Below, in pieces: positions 14,011 to 25,693 of a DNA stretch of 54,014 bases (within the stretch, counting starts at the first letter, position 1; every line of letters starts with the position of its first letter). Where the stretch lies: NCBI GenBank assembly GCA_001938485.1, contig MQRK01239521.1, forward strand, positions 18,696-72,709, written 5' to 3'. Under the pieces are notes generated by a model. It worked only from the letters and a program-made list of their open reading frames with translations. It searched no databases and was not told where the DNA came from. Both the position numbers and the translations under genes were made by a program. The stretch is from Girardia tigrina (Eukaryota).

Positions 14011-14022
14011 GCCCGGATAGCT
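14011..14022 (-). promoter_or_regulatory. Putative non-canonical primer-binding site AGCTATCCGGGC
   Basis: Abuts the 5' LTR; reverse complement GCCCGGATAGCT equals nt 1-12 of the conserved metazoan tRNA-Lys(UUU) as I recall it. Confidence 0.6.
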
Positions 14023-14141
14023 TGTAACACGCAAAAAGTTTATTTTCAAAACAATGTTTAATTGATAATATTTAAACAAAGTATTTATCAAAAAAGCATA
14101 TATTAAATATTTGAAATAATCAAAATATCTAATATCCAACA
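14023..14141 (-). repeat. 5' LTR of Gypsy 1
   Basis: TGTTGGATA...GTGTTACA on the minus strand, directly upstream of gag. Confidence 0.93.
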
Positions 14142-14856
14142 ATTAATTTGAAGAAATCAAATAAAAAAGTTAACTAATAAAAATTTTATTCGCATTTAAA
14201 AATTTGTTCTCAAATTCTAAAGAATTCAGACATCTGCTTTTCAATTCAAAAGAATTCGGACACTTAACAAAAATTATAATATAAATGTAGGCAATGAATT
14301 ATTTTAAATTCAATATGGATTATTAGTAAAAACCATGTAGTTATTATTGTTTAAATATTTCAATCGATTAAATTTTCGTTATTTTTAAAATAGGTTCGAG
14401 GAAAAAAGATGCATACGGAAATGCGTGAGAAAATATTTGCCATGCATATCAAAGGAAAACCAGTAAGGGAAATTTCACAAATTTTTGAGATAAGTAAATC
14501 GATGGTGTTCGATAACATTAAAAGAGATAAATAACCTCAGAATAACTCATCGCCAAGGAAATCTGGACGACGAAAGTTGACTTCCGCTACTGATAACAGG
14601 TGTTTGAAGAGGTTAATTCCTCAATATCGTCGTGCTGCTGTTCAAGAAATGAACGAGAAATTGAGTATGCAAACAGGCATTTTTTCTTCTCCGTCCACTT
14701 GTCTACGTCGAATACATGAATTAAATTATTCATTCTAAAAGGTAAGATTTTCTTAATGAAATATAAGCATTGCGTAACACTTCTTTAAAGTTAAAAACAA
14801 ACAGTTTCTGTCACCTATTCAAAAGAAAAAGAGACTTGAATGGGTTCTTAATCATA

Positions 14857-17205
14857 TGTCGTGTTCCCTCCTCTCGACCACATTTTTGTTAGCTCAGAGC
14901 CCCCATCCGTTTTTAGAGTTCAACGGCAAATCTTATGTACTGCGTATTCCTCTCGATAATTATTCCTTGTTTGAGGGAACAGACAAGCGTCCTCTGTACA
15001 TATCAATAAATTGTGTGTGCTTTGGAGCGCCTTCGGGTTCAAACCAGTAAGGAGTATTGCCCGACTGGTGGTCTCAGCTTCTGAGGGGTCGATGTTGTTT
15101 TCTGTGATTTCTTAAAAGTTTTATTTTGATTATGACCGACGAAGAGAGCCCCAAGGAAGTAAGCGACAATCGAACCGCGTGCCCCTTGCATACTGTGGTC
15201 TACCTTCGCCACCTCTAAAGAGTTCTTCGTTCTTTGGCTTACATAATTATAATTACTGAAGTTCAACTTTATTTCGAGACTGACGTCGTTTCATAAGTAC
15301 TTTTTGTAAAATGATTGCAAAAGGAGTTTAATAGTGTCAGATATTATTCAACTTAGTCTTTTATTAATGAAATCATTTTGAGCGTGGCCTAAATAGATAA
15401 CTATATTGATAACGGCCATACAATTTAGTCACGATGCTCATTTCAACTTGTTAATTAATCATTACCGAGAAACCAAACTCAAAGATTGCCATGTGGTCAA
15501 TAAAACCGAAACGTTACCATAAAACGATTCTGCTAACAGTTAATCCTTGTCGAACAATCGAATTAATTATTTCATGCCACTAGCAACAATATTTACAAAT
15601 TTATAAATGGAGAAGTTAATTACAGGAAATTTAATTCAATAAAAGGAATTTATTAAGGAAGCTCATTAATTAAAATTACGCTAACAATTTCACTCGCATT
15701 AAAACAAAATACTAAATCAAAAGCAAAACGAATCAATTAAAATCCATTCATTAATTCAATCCATTTACTTATTATATTGGTTTATTCCAATTAATTTTCT
15801 CAATGGTTTACCGTAAATTACCCTTTATGTACAAATATTTATATGGGTGCTACCGACCCTTACGCATCATACCCCTTCAAAACTTCCTCTTCACTTTCCT
15901 TAATACCGTCACAGGAACTAGCTGACACTCCACTACTATCGTACTGACATATAACGTCGTGACTCGCACGGATCCCCGTAGTAATACTGATACATTTTCC
16001 TCTACGTAACAGTTTAAAACTATCTAACGAGCACCATGCTGATAAAATAATTCTCATAAGGTAAATTAAGGAATGTATACGAAAATAACAATTATTGTGA
16101 ATAAAATATATTAAATCATGGAACATTAAATTACATTCAATTATTAATAAAAGAAATTAAGCAAAATACATTAAAGACCTCGATTAGTCGTCCATAAATA
16201 AAAATAGATAAAATAATAAAATAATTCAAGAAATAAATAAATAAATAACAGTAATCAAAAGAAAATTTTTTATACCTTTGGTAATTCTGGAATTACTTGT
16301 TTAATCAAAAATTTTAAAACAGCGCAAACGAAATGATATCGTAAATAAATAGTAAGGAAATGCGCGTAATTAAATTTGGGTGTGTTTTTGTGTGTTTGGA
16401 AAATGTGCGTTTTTGTTAACGAACTATCTCGGGTATTTATACCCGGTTAGATATGTTTATTGTCCGACGCACTCGGGTTTCCTGTCTAAATGATTTATCT
16501 GCATCGTCGTCCTCTCGACATACTGTTTAACGGTCTGGTATCGAGACAGGGTGGAGGAGGGGTCGCTTAATGTTTGGAAACTGCACATCCGTGATCCGTG
16601 GATGCGACATCAGATGCCGGCTCGCATGCTACAAACATCTGCGATGTTTATTGTTGTTGTCGAATTATTCCAGTACGTTTTACAGCGAAATTATTTGACA
16701 GGATGGAAGGAAGGGGTTTCATCGGATGCCCGCGTTCACTCACAACGCTGACCACGCGCCGCGGTATCTTGTTCAACGACAGGATGGAAGAAGAGGGAAA
16801 GTCGTTATGGTAAGATAATTATTGATGTCTGTTTATCTGACATCTGTTCATTTGTAGGTTGCCACCAAGGACGTCGCTGCTGTTCTAGAATGGTTATGAA
16901 TCATTCTGAATCATCTTTGGTAAGTTACTTAATTAATTAAGGTTTATTAATTATTTCTTTCTGTTTCTCAGGGTTTTCAAAAGGATCCTCCGCCTGTTGG
17001 GCTGAAATGGGAAGGACACGGGACAGAGTCCGAAGAGCCCTTCTTCTGTCCTGCGTTTCAGCACGTTCGCAACCTATTTAACACTGACGGAGATAGTCGA
17101 GTTTGATTATCCCCACAAACTCTCAACAAGGCTTTTGTACGTGCAGGACATCGGGCATGGAGAAGAGTTTTCGGCGTATTATGGAATTCTACTCGTGTTG
17201 TAACA
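14857..17205 (-). mobile_element. 2349-bp TG..CA insertion, probable long solo LTR
   Basis: 4-bp TSD CATA (14853-14856 / 17206-17209). Removing it restores the Tc1 frame LEWVLNH|S..KVIFSDES. Minus-strand TATAAATA at 16434-16441. No TE protein motifs. Confidence 0.8.
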
Positions 17206-17536
17206 CATAGTAAATGAAGCCAAAATGATTTGAATAAAGTTATTTTTTCAGACGAATCTCGTTTTGAATTGTTTATGGGCGAAAATGGAAAATCGGTCTT
17301 AAGACTAAGTACCGAGTCATTATTATCGGACTGTTTAAACCGAAATTTTTAGAAAGTGTAATGATATGGGGTTGTATGACAAGCAAAGGACTTGGCAGTC
17401 TTCACTTTAAAGAGGGCACATGAACTCTACAAAGTATACCGAGATATTAAGGGAATGTCTCATCCCATCTATTACGCAATATTTTGACAATGGAGATTTC
17501 ATTTTTCAACAAGATGGAGCATCTTGTCATACTTCT

Positions 17537-18031
17537 TATTAAGAACATTAATTGAGTTTCCTTTACATTTATTATTATCACAATTTGAATTGTCACTACA
17601 ACAATTCTCCGTAAAACTTGCGTAGCTCGTCATCATTCTTGATTGATAATCTTTAATAATATTCTTTAACGTCTTATTATTCAAAAAAATTTCAAATACA
17701 ATTAAATCATTACAAAAATAATTTATACTTTAAATTATAATTTAATTATTACAAAAATTATTTATAATTGAAATTTAAAATAATTTTTATTTATTTTAAG
17801 AAATTATTATTANNNNNNNNNNNNNNNNNNNNNNNNNNNNNNNNNNNNNNNNNNNNNNNNNNAATATTAGTTTAATTTTAAAGTGATTATTTAACTTTTA
17901 ATAATTGATTATACAACTCGACGTTTTAAAATATTTAAGATATCAATCTTCCATCTGGGTGGGAGAAACACAATCCTAAAACAACATAATAAACAACACA
18001 CAATAAACACCATTCAAAAATATTCCTCACA
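17537..18031 (-). mobile_element. ~495-bp solo-LTR-like insert, copy 1 (TGTGAGG...CTTAATA family)
   Basis: TSD CTTCT (17532-17536 / 18032-18036); interrupts Tc1 CHTS|KFT; shares termini and CTCCCANCCAGATGG with 23891-24387. Confidence 0.82.
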
Positions 18032-19149
18032 CTTCTAAATTTACAAACACTTGGATGATGAAAAATAATATGTCCTTCTGGACATGGGCTTCAGGAAGCC
18101 CAGATTTAAGTCCCACAGAGAATGTTTGAGCAATTATGAGAAAAGGAATTAGGAAAAAAAACGTCCTAAAAATAAAATTGATTTGAAGAATAAAATTTTA
18201 GCAATATGGAATAGTTTTCTAATTGATAAATGTCAGGATTTATACAATTCAATGAATAGAAGAATGGAAGATGTCATAAAAGCAAAGGGCGATGTTACAA
18301 TATTTTAAATAGTAGGTGTCCGAATTCTTTTGAATTTGAGAACAAATTTTTAAATGCAAATAAAATTTTTATTAGTTAACTTTTTTATTTAATTTCTTCA
18401 AATTATTTTAGAATTATATTTACATTATCGTAAAATATCAAATTAATTCATCTATAATACAAATAAGTACATATTATTTATAATTTAAAATTTTTAACAA
18501 GAATTATTTTACGTGTCCGAATACATATGAATTTTGGTAGCATTACGATACATTAATGATAAAAGTTTTAACTTTTATTTTATTTTACAAAAACTGTTTA
18601 GAATTAAGTATTTGTCAAATCTTTAATTTGCGGAATTACAAACTGACTTTAAAATTATCTGTTTTTTTAATTTAAATCTCTGGCAACAAAGTTCATTATT
18701 TTATTTTTTAGAATAACTTTTAAAATTAGTACAAACATAATTATCCTAGTCTTTATATATTTCTTTTAAATCAATTATTTAAAAATCCATTATTTCACAA
18801 TTAATTTCATTTTAAGTTTTTACTCTACAATTAAAATTTGATTATTTCCAAAAATAAATTTTTAAAATTAATTAAGATATATTTTTTAATTATAATTGCT
18901 TAGAAAACTTTTGATTTTAAATTGTAAGTACTTTCCATTATAAAAAGAAAATATCGTAAAACACAAAATCTAGCAAAATTTATTAAAATTCAAATTTGTG
19001 CCAAAACACAATATTAAAACAAATCAGGAGTTTATAAANNNNNNNNNNNNNNNNNNNNNNNNNNNNNNNNNNNNNNNNNNNNNNNNNNNNNNNNNNNNNN
19101 NNNNNNNNNNNNNNNNNNNNNNNNNNNNNNNNNNNNNNNNNNNNNNNNN

Positions 19150-22100
19150 NCCCCTTCTTTAAAAAGTTTTAGCCACTCTATATTTCGACATATCAATCTG
19201 CCTGTTTTATTTTCTAATTCTACACTCCGGTTGTGTATATTCCGAATAATCCGATATGGCCCTTCATATTGACCTGTTCCTTTTAATCTATTTTCAACTT
19301 TCAACAATACCAAATCCCCTTGTTTAAAACATAGTTTCTGTACATATGTTTGAGGTTTTTTGTTTTCCATTTGTTGTACTTCTTCGATAATTTTTTTATT
19401 GTCAAGATCATAACGACGCGATCCATCCAATATTATCCGTTTCCCGAAAATAATTTCTGATGGGCTAAATTTTGTTGTACTCTGCTGAGAAGCATTAATA
19501 CAAAATTCAATTTCCGGTAAGAAATCAACCCAATTTTTTCTACCAGTATTTTTCAATGTTGCATTTAGGGCATCTCTAATAGTACGGAACTGACGTTCTG
19601 TAATCCCATTAGCGCTGTGGTGATATGGGCTCGAAAATTGCACTTTGATTAACATTGATTTGGTAAAATCTGTGAAAGATCTTGATTCAAAAACTTTTCC
19701 TCGATCTACATGAATACATGCCGGAGCTCCAAATTTTAATATCCATTGCCTCATAATTGTTTGGATTGTAGTTGTATCATCCTGAGTATTAACAGCTGTC
19801 AAGCTTATATATCGACTGAATCTGTCTATTATTCCCAAAATGTATTTCTTTCCATTTATTACTGGCATTGGACCACAGAAGTCTNNNNNNNNNNNNNNNN
19901 NNNNNNNNNNNNNNNNNNNNNNNNNNNNNNNNNNNNNNNNNNNNNNNNNNNNNNNNNNNNNNNNNNNNNNNNNNNNNNNNNNNNNNNNNNNNNNNNNNNN
20001 NNNNNNNNNNNNNNNNNNNNNNNNNTATTCATTCATCAAGAAGGCATATGTTTTCTTGACTCCTGCATGACACAAAAATTTATGGAAAAATGTAATGCAG
20101 TCATTTCTAGAGCTTTTCGGAATCCAAATTTTATCTTCAACTGTTTTTATACATCCGTCTTTAAATGAAAAATCTTGTATTAATCCTTCATTTATCCCGC
20201 TCATAATTCCACGAATTTCATCATTGTTCTGTTGCCAAGGGATATGCAGTTCTTCTTCATCTAATACCTGCATTCGAGTTCGTTGCTTACTTATTTTAGC
20301 TTCTTCATGTTTTGTCATACATTGGGCACACACCATACATTCTTTCCTCGATAATGCATCCGCATTTTGATGTAATTCACCTTTTCTGTATTCAAAAATC
20401 ATGTCTAAACTACTCAAGTAGTTCATCGAGTACTGAAATTGTGGTGTTATAGGCTTTTTTGTCATCATCTTAAAAACAATTGCTTTGTGATCTGTTCTTA
20501 ATTTAAAACGATTCCCATACAGGAAATGTTTGAAATGTTGTGTGAAGTGGACGATTGCCAATAATTCTTTTCTGGTTGTGCAATATCCTATTTCATGTTT
20601 CGACATTGCTTTAGATCCATAAGCGATAACTCGTTCTTCTCCGTGGTCATTTACTTGGGATAAAACAGCTCCAATCGTATCGAACGACGCATCTGTATCC
20701 AAAACAAATGTCTTCGTGAAATCTGGATACATTAGTACAGGTGCTCTCGTCAAGGACTCTTTCAACTTATTAAATGCTGCTGAATGTAAATCCGTCCAAA
20801 ATAAAGTGTCTTTAGAAGTACTGCACATGGATTCCAAAGGTATTGCTAATTTATAATAATTTGAAATGAATTTCCTATAATAGTTGCATAAACCCAGGAA
20901 ACTGCGAAGCTTTTTGAAGCATTTTGGTTGTTGGAATTCCCAGATGGTTTTTATTTTATTTGGATCTGTTTTTATACCTTCTCTATTCACCACATGACCA
21001 AGGAAGTGCAGTTCATTTTGAAACAATTTACATTTCTCTGGGTTAATACGTAGACCTGCTTCTTGTACCTTTGAGAACAACTTTTCCAATCTATCTAAAT
21101 GTTCCATTTCGGTTTTGGAGAATATCAGAATATCGTCCAAATATACTAACGCTTCTTTCCATAACATGTCTTTAAGAACATCATTCATCAACCGTTGGAA
21201 AGTTGCAGGTACTGCAGCTATGCCAAATGGCATTCTTGTAAAACAGTACTGCCCCGTCTTCGTTGAGAATGCCGTTTTTAATTTTGAAGACTTTTCTAAT
21301 TCCCCTTGATAGTAAGCGTTTCCTAAGTCTATCGAACTGAACCATTTCATGCCGTTCAATGAATCCAGCATTTCATCAATATTTGGCATAGGAAATATTG
21401 TTCTCTCAGTAACTTGATTTAGCAGCCTAAAATCCAAACACAAACGAATTTCATTTTTCTCTTTCTTCCATATACACACCATTGGTGTATTCCATGGTGA
21501 TGAACATTTCTCTATGATTTCATTTTGTTCCAAATTCATGATAGCATCGTCAATATGACGTTCCAAATGGACGGGTTGTCTTCTCGGCTTCTGTGTAATT
21601 GGGGTTCCGGTTGTTTTAATTTCATGCTTGATCCATGATGTTTTGCCGATATCCCATTTCCCAGCCATGAAAATATTTTTATACTTCTCTATACATTTAT
21701 ATCAATTAGTACCCTCGCGAAGGTGTAATTTTTCTTTAGAATTCCGAAATCTATCCGCTGATGTGTATTTGTATTTATTGATATATGGGTCAATAGTGCA
21801 GATCATATCATTCTTCGGTATATCTAAATGTTCTATTGGTACATTTATTTCATTTAACTTATTCATTTGACACCTGAGTTCAAATCCAAGAGCTTTAATT
21901 AGTTCAATTCCAAATATAATCGAAGGAGATACTTCCTTTGATACATAAAAAAGTTGTCGTATTTTGATATTCCTCCATTTCACATCTATATAACATACTT
22001 CATCCAATTCCATATTCGTTCCATTTGCACATACTGCTGAAGTGGTTGTATTATTATTTAACGATATCTTAAATTGATGAACTAATTTCAAGTTTATAAC

Positions 22101-22604
22101 ATTAATTCGGGCCCCCGTGTCAAATAAACAATTCATTTCTATATCTCTACACTTTGTTTTCATGCTCGGTCGTCCATTAAAAACATTATAGTCTAATATG
22201 CCCTGATTGTTCATCTGAAATTCAGTTATCTTATCTAAAAAGCACAAATCATTTTTTTTCTATCAATTTTCCTACCAACATCTTTCTCTTTATTATAGAC
22301 TATGATTTGGCCAAACTTACTGTTATCTTTGGTCACCTCACACTTTTTTTTTACCATTTTCATTACTATTATTTCTGCAATTTTAATTATTTTTAAAACT
22401 ATGATGAATACTATTATTAAATACGTAATTATATATACTTTTATCATAAATATTAATAATTTTATCAAAATTATTTTTAAAATTATTATAAACATTATCA
22501 TTACAATTTACATTACTAATATAATTACAAGGATTCAGACTAATCTTACTTTTTAATGAATGGCTCCAATCATCTCCTGATCTGACTGAGCCTCCGCATT
22601 TGGG
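19150..22604 (-). pseudogene. Gypsy 2 pol: Asn-rich leader, protease, RT, RNase H, integrase
   Basis: LFDTGA, RLCLDFR, YLDD, TDAS, HAG, DRG...NGITER, GPY. In-frame TGA at 21702-21704 and homopolymer frameshifts in the leader; the 878-aa ORF is otherwise open. Confidence 0.92.
22562..22604 (-). promoter_or_regulatory. -1 programmed ribosomal frameshift signal (gag to pol)
   Basis: Slippery heptamer C CCA AAT in gag phase, 5-nt spacer, then hairpin GGCTCAGTCA/TGATTGGAGCC; the -1 frame reads through the gag stop. Confidence 0.7.
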
Positions 22605-23568
22605 TATCTATCCGTTTTCAACTCTTCGATTTGTGATCCCTCTGTGTCATCGAGCCCGGCCACAGATCGTTGAACCATTCGATGTCTTCTGTTATTATAC
22701 CAATTGTTTTGGCCCGATTGGGTTGTTTGAAAACCTTTTCTGAAACATTGATAAGCCAAATGACCTTGAAACTTACACACTGAACACTTCAAGTAGGGAC
22801 ATTCTCTTCTTATATGCCCTTCACCTTTGCAGCCATAACAAATCTTAATATTATTGGGGCAATCTCGGCGAACGTGACCACTTTTTTGGCACCCATAACA
22901 TATCACTGTATTCCGACTGTTTCCATCAAAATTTTGTCTCACTGGCATTTGTTTGTTGAAATTTCTTGTTTCTGAGATTCTCCTTTGTTGATTTGTTTGA
23001 ATTGGGAATGCTGCTCTCTCTTTAAGAACATTTGCGAATGTCTTCTGTCGATGGATATTTGCGATTTCTCCCNNNNNNNNNNNNNNNNNNNNNNNNNNNN
23101 NNNNNNNNNNNNNNNNNTTTTGATTGTTTCTTGGGATTTCGCTTCTTCCATATAGATTTGTTTTTTCACATCTATATCATCCACACAATGTGTCAAAAAA
23201 TATGACATTAATTCTGGTTTGGTCCATTTATGATTGAGGATTCGGCCAACCATCTTTTCGATTTTATTGCAATATATAATCTCTGAATCTTCACCTTTCC
23301 TGTAGTTGATTATTTCTTGCAGATCTTGAATCAGCGACGTTGGTTTTTTGAATGCTTTCCTGAGTCGGTCAACGAAATTAAAAATCTTACTGTCCACATT
23401 TTCATACGTGGCAAGCAAATGACGGTGTATAAATGCTTTAACCACCAGTGGTTGTAATGTCTCACTAATTTGTGAAACCTCAAAAAATCGCTGACAATCT
23501 GTGATGAACTGTTCCAGATCTCCCACTCCATTATACATTTGAGGCGCCAGGTTATTTATGGCACTTTG

Positions 23569-23579
23569 CGTGGTCGCCA
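23569..23579 (-). promoter_or_regulatory. Primer-binding site, likely tRNA-Arg(UCG)
   Basis: TGGCGACCACG immediately after the LTR CA; complementary to ...CGTGGTCG-CCA. Confidence 0.75.
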
Positions 23580-23890
23580 TGTAAGTACTTTCCATTATAA
23601 AAAGAAAATATCGTAAAACACAAAATCTAGCAAAATTTATTAAAATTCAAATTTGTGCCAAAACACAATATTAAAACAAATCAGGAGTTTATAAAATTAA
23701 TCTGGATCCAAATTATAATTTAATATATATATGCAATATGATAATTTAATATAAATAGTAATATATAAGTTAATTTTCCTCACATAAATATTTCCTTATT
23801 TTAGAAATTTTTTATAAAAATTAATTGTTTCAAAATTTTAAGAGTGAGCCTGTCCTTAGCAATATTAATCTAATAATTTACGATTATCTG

Positions 23891-24387
23891 TGTGAGGAAT
23901 ATTTTAAATTGTTTGAATATGTAAATGTAGTGATGCTGTATGTTGATTTAAGTATGTTGAATTTAGAAAGGTGATTCTCCCAACCAGATGGAAATTGATA
24001 TTTTTTTATTTAAATTTAAAGTGATTGACTATTCGAACATAATTAAAATAATCATTTGATAAGTTCATATTTTTAATTTAACAATTAAAATTAAGTTTAA
24101 TATTTTTTCGGTAAAATTTAAATTAAATGTATTTTTAATAATTTGATGACATTTTTATTATTTTGAGATTTATTGAGAAATGATAAAATTTATTATTTTT
24201 AATTAATATTAATTAATATATTTAAAAAATGACTTAGAAAAATTGTTCGAATAATCATGATTAAAAAGAAAAATAATAAAACCAATTAGAACGATGACAA
24301 ACGATGAAAGACTTTCTGAGAGTCATAATGACTCCAAATGTCATTGCTATAAAAATTCAAACGAGACTTGTCTAAATGTTCTTAATA
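23891..24387 (+). mobile_element. ~497-bp solo-LTR-like insert, copy 2
   Basis: TSD ATCTG (23886-23890 / 24388-24392); TGTGAGGAATA...TGTTCTTAATA. Confidence 0.82.
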
Positions 24388-24415
24388 ATCTGTGACGCGA
24401 TTATTTGTGATTCTA

Positions 24416-25693
24416 TTAGGTTGGTCGAAAAATAATGACAGTTCTTGAGCTTTATACTTTGTTTATCTACTTTGATATGTATATAAGTTTAAATGTATTA
24501 GTGTTAGATATTATTTAAAATCTTATGCCTAGCTGTATATTCCTATAGCCATTATTAACATATTGCTGTTATTTTTTAGAATATTTACGGTGCTAAATTA
24601 ATAATGGAAAAAATTAAAATTCGAGCAATTTTCTTGGACGAATTTAAACTGGGTCGTAAAGCAGCAGAAACGGCTCACAATATCAATAAAGCGTTTGGCA
24701 AGGGAACAGCTTCTGAGCGCACAGTGCAACGATGGTTCCGAAAATTTTCTGATAGAGATGAAAACCTTGAAGATGAAGAAGGTCGTGGTCGTCCAGNNNN
24801 NNNNNNNNNNNNNNNNNNNNNNNNNNNNNNNNNNNNNNNNNNNNNNGTACAACAATCAGAGAACTTGCAGATGGGTTGGGCATTAGTCATTCAACAGTCC
24901 TGGATCATTTAAAACAACTTGGAAAAATCAAGAAACTTTATAAATGGGTTCCACATGATTTGAATAAAAATCAAAAGAACCGACGCTATGAAATTTGTTC
25001 TGCCAATCATCTTCGCAGTAAAAACGATCCATTTCTTGATCATATTGCTACCTGTGATGAGAAATGGATCCTGTATGATAACCGACGTCGATCTGCACAG
25101 TGGTTGGACAAAGATGAAGTACCGAAACACTTTCCAAAACCGAAACTAACACCCCGTAAGGTCATGGTGACAGTTTGGTGGTGTGATGCTGGAATCATCC
25201 ACTATAGTTTCTTGAATCCAGGTGAAACAATCACAGCGGAGAGGTACTGTCATGAAATTGATGAAATGCATGAGAAATTGAAAACCCTTTGTCCGGGATT
25301 GGTCAATCGAAAAAGTCCCATCCTTCTTCATGATAACGCTAGACCTCATATTTCAAAAGTAACTCTTCAAAAGCTTAATGAGTTGGGCTATGAAACCCTG
25401 CTTCATCCACTATATTCACCAGACCTCTCGCCAACGGACTTCTACTTTTTCAGGCACTTGTACAACTTCCTACGTGAAAAAAATTTCAAAAACCAAAATG
25501 ATGCTCAAAATGCTTTCCAAGAATTTTTCGCTTCGAGAACCGATGCATTTTATGCTGATGGAATAAAACAACTTGTTTCTCGTTGGCAAAAATGTATTGA
25601 TGCTAATGGTTCATACTTTGATTAATAAACTTGATTAATAAACGTCTTTGAAGTTTGTGTCCCAAAACCGCCGTCATTTTTCGACCAACCTAA
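24416..25693 (+). mobile_element. mariner (DD34D) transposon, full length; transposase 24604-25625 with a frame change near the N gap
   Basis: TA TSD; TIRs TTAGGTTGGTCGAAAAA; WVPHDL, TCDEKW, HDNARPH, YSPDLSPTDF. Confidence 0.96.

Larger units (their letters stand above)
10261..14141 (-). mobile_element. Gypsy-type LTR retrotransposon 1, full length, decayed gag-pro-RT-RH-INT
   Basis: 119-bp TG..CA LTRs; 5-bp TSD GTTAA/ATTAA. gag from ~14008, protease LIDSGCS (~13195), RT LDLSEAY/RMGFGL/YIDNI, RNase H DASSIAIG, integrase HHCC plus D-D-E (NGIIERNHRTIK). Stops and frameshifts present. Confidence 0.93.
10121..18542 (+). mobile_element. Tc1-family (Minos-like, IR-DR) transposon carrying three nested insertions
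   Basis: ~230-bp TIRs: left 10121-10260 plus 14142-~14265; right ~18312-18542; internal repeated ATTCGGACAC. Transposase pieces 14420-14856, 17206-17536 and 18032-18308 with SGR, FSDESRF, WGCM, FQQDGASCHTS, SPDLSPTENV (DD34E type). Confidence 0.9.
22553..23581 (-). pseudogene. Gypsy 2 gag with three CCHC zinc knuckles, frameshifted near the N gap
   Basis: CYGCQKSGHVRRDC, CYGCKGEGHIRREC, CSVCKFQGHLAYQC; split into ORFs 22939-23595 and 22553-22948. Confidence 0.9.
18923..23784 (-). mobile_element. Gypsy-type LTR retrotransposon 2, full length, relatively young
   Basis: LTRs 23580-23784 and 18923-~19147 (partly N) are identical over the 116 readable bp. Perfect TSD TAAAT. PBS TGGCGACCACG. PPT AAGAAGGGG at 19151-19159. 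Confidence 0.95.

Noticed and set aside
19039-19150. N runs here and elsewhere as biological features
   Set aside because: Masked or unresolved bases; frameshifts next to them and in homopolymers may be assembly errors.
22235-22556. Hydrophobic Ile-rich ORFs as env or membrane proteins; GT-AG intron between gag and pol
   Set aside because: These are alternative frames of the Asn-rich pol leader. The donor lies after the gag stop and the -1 frameshift explains the layout better.
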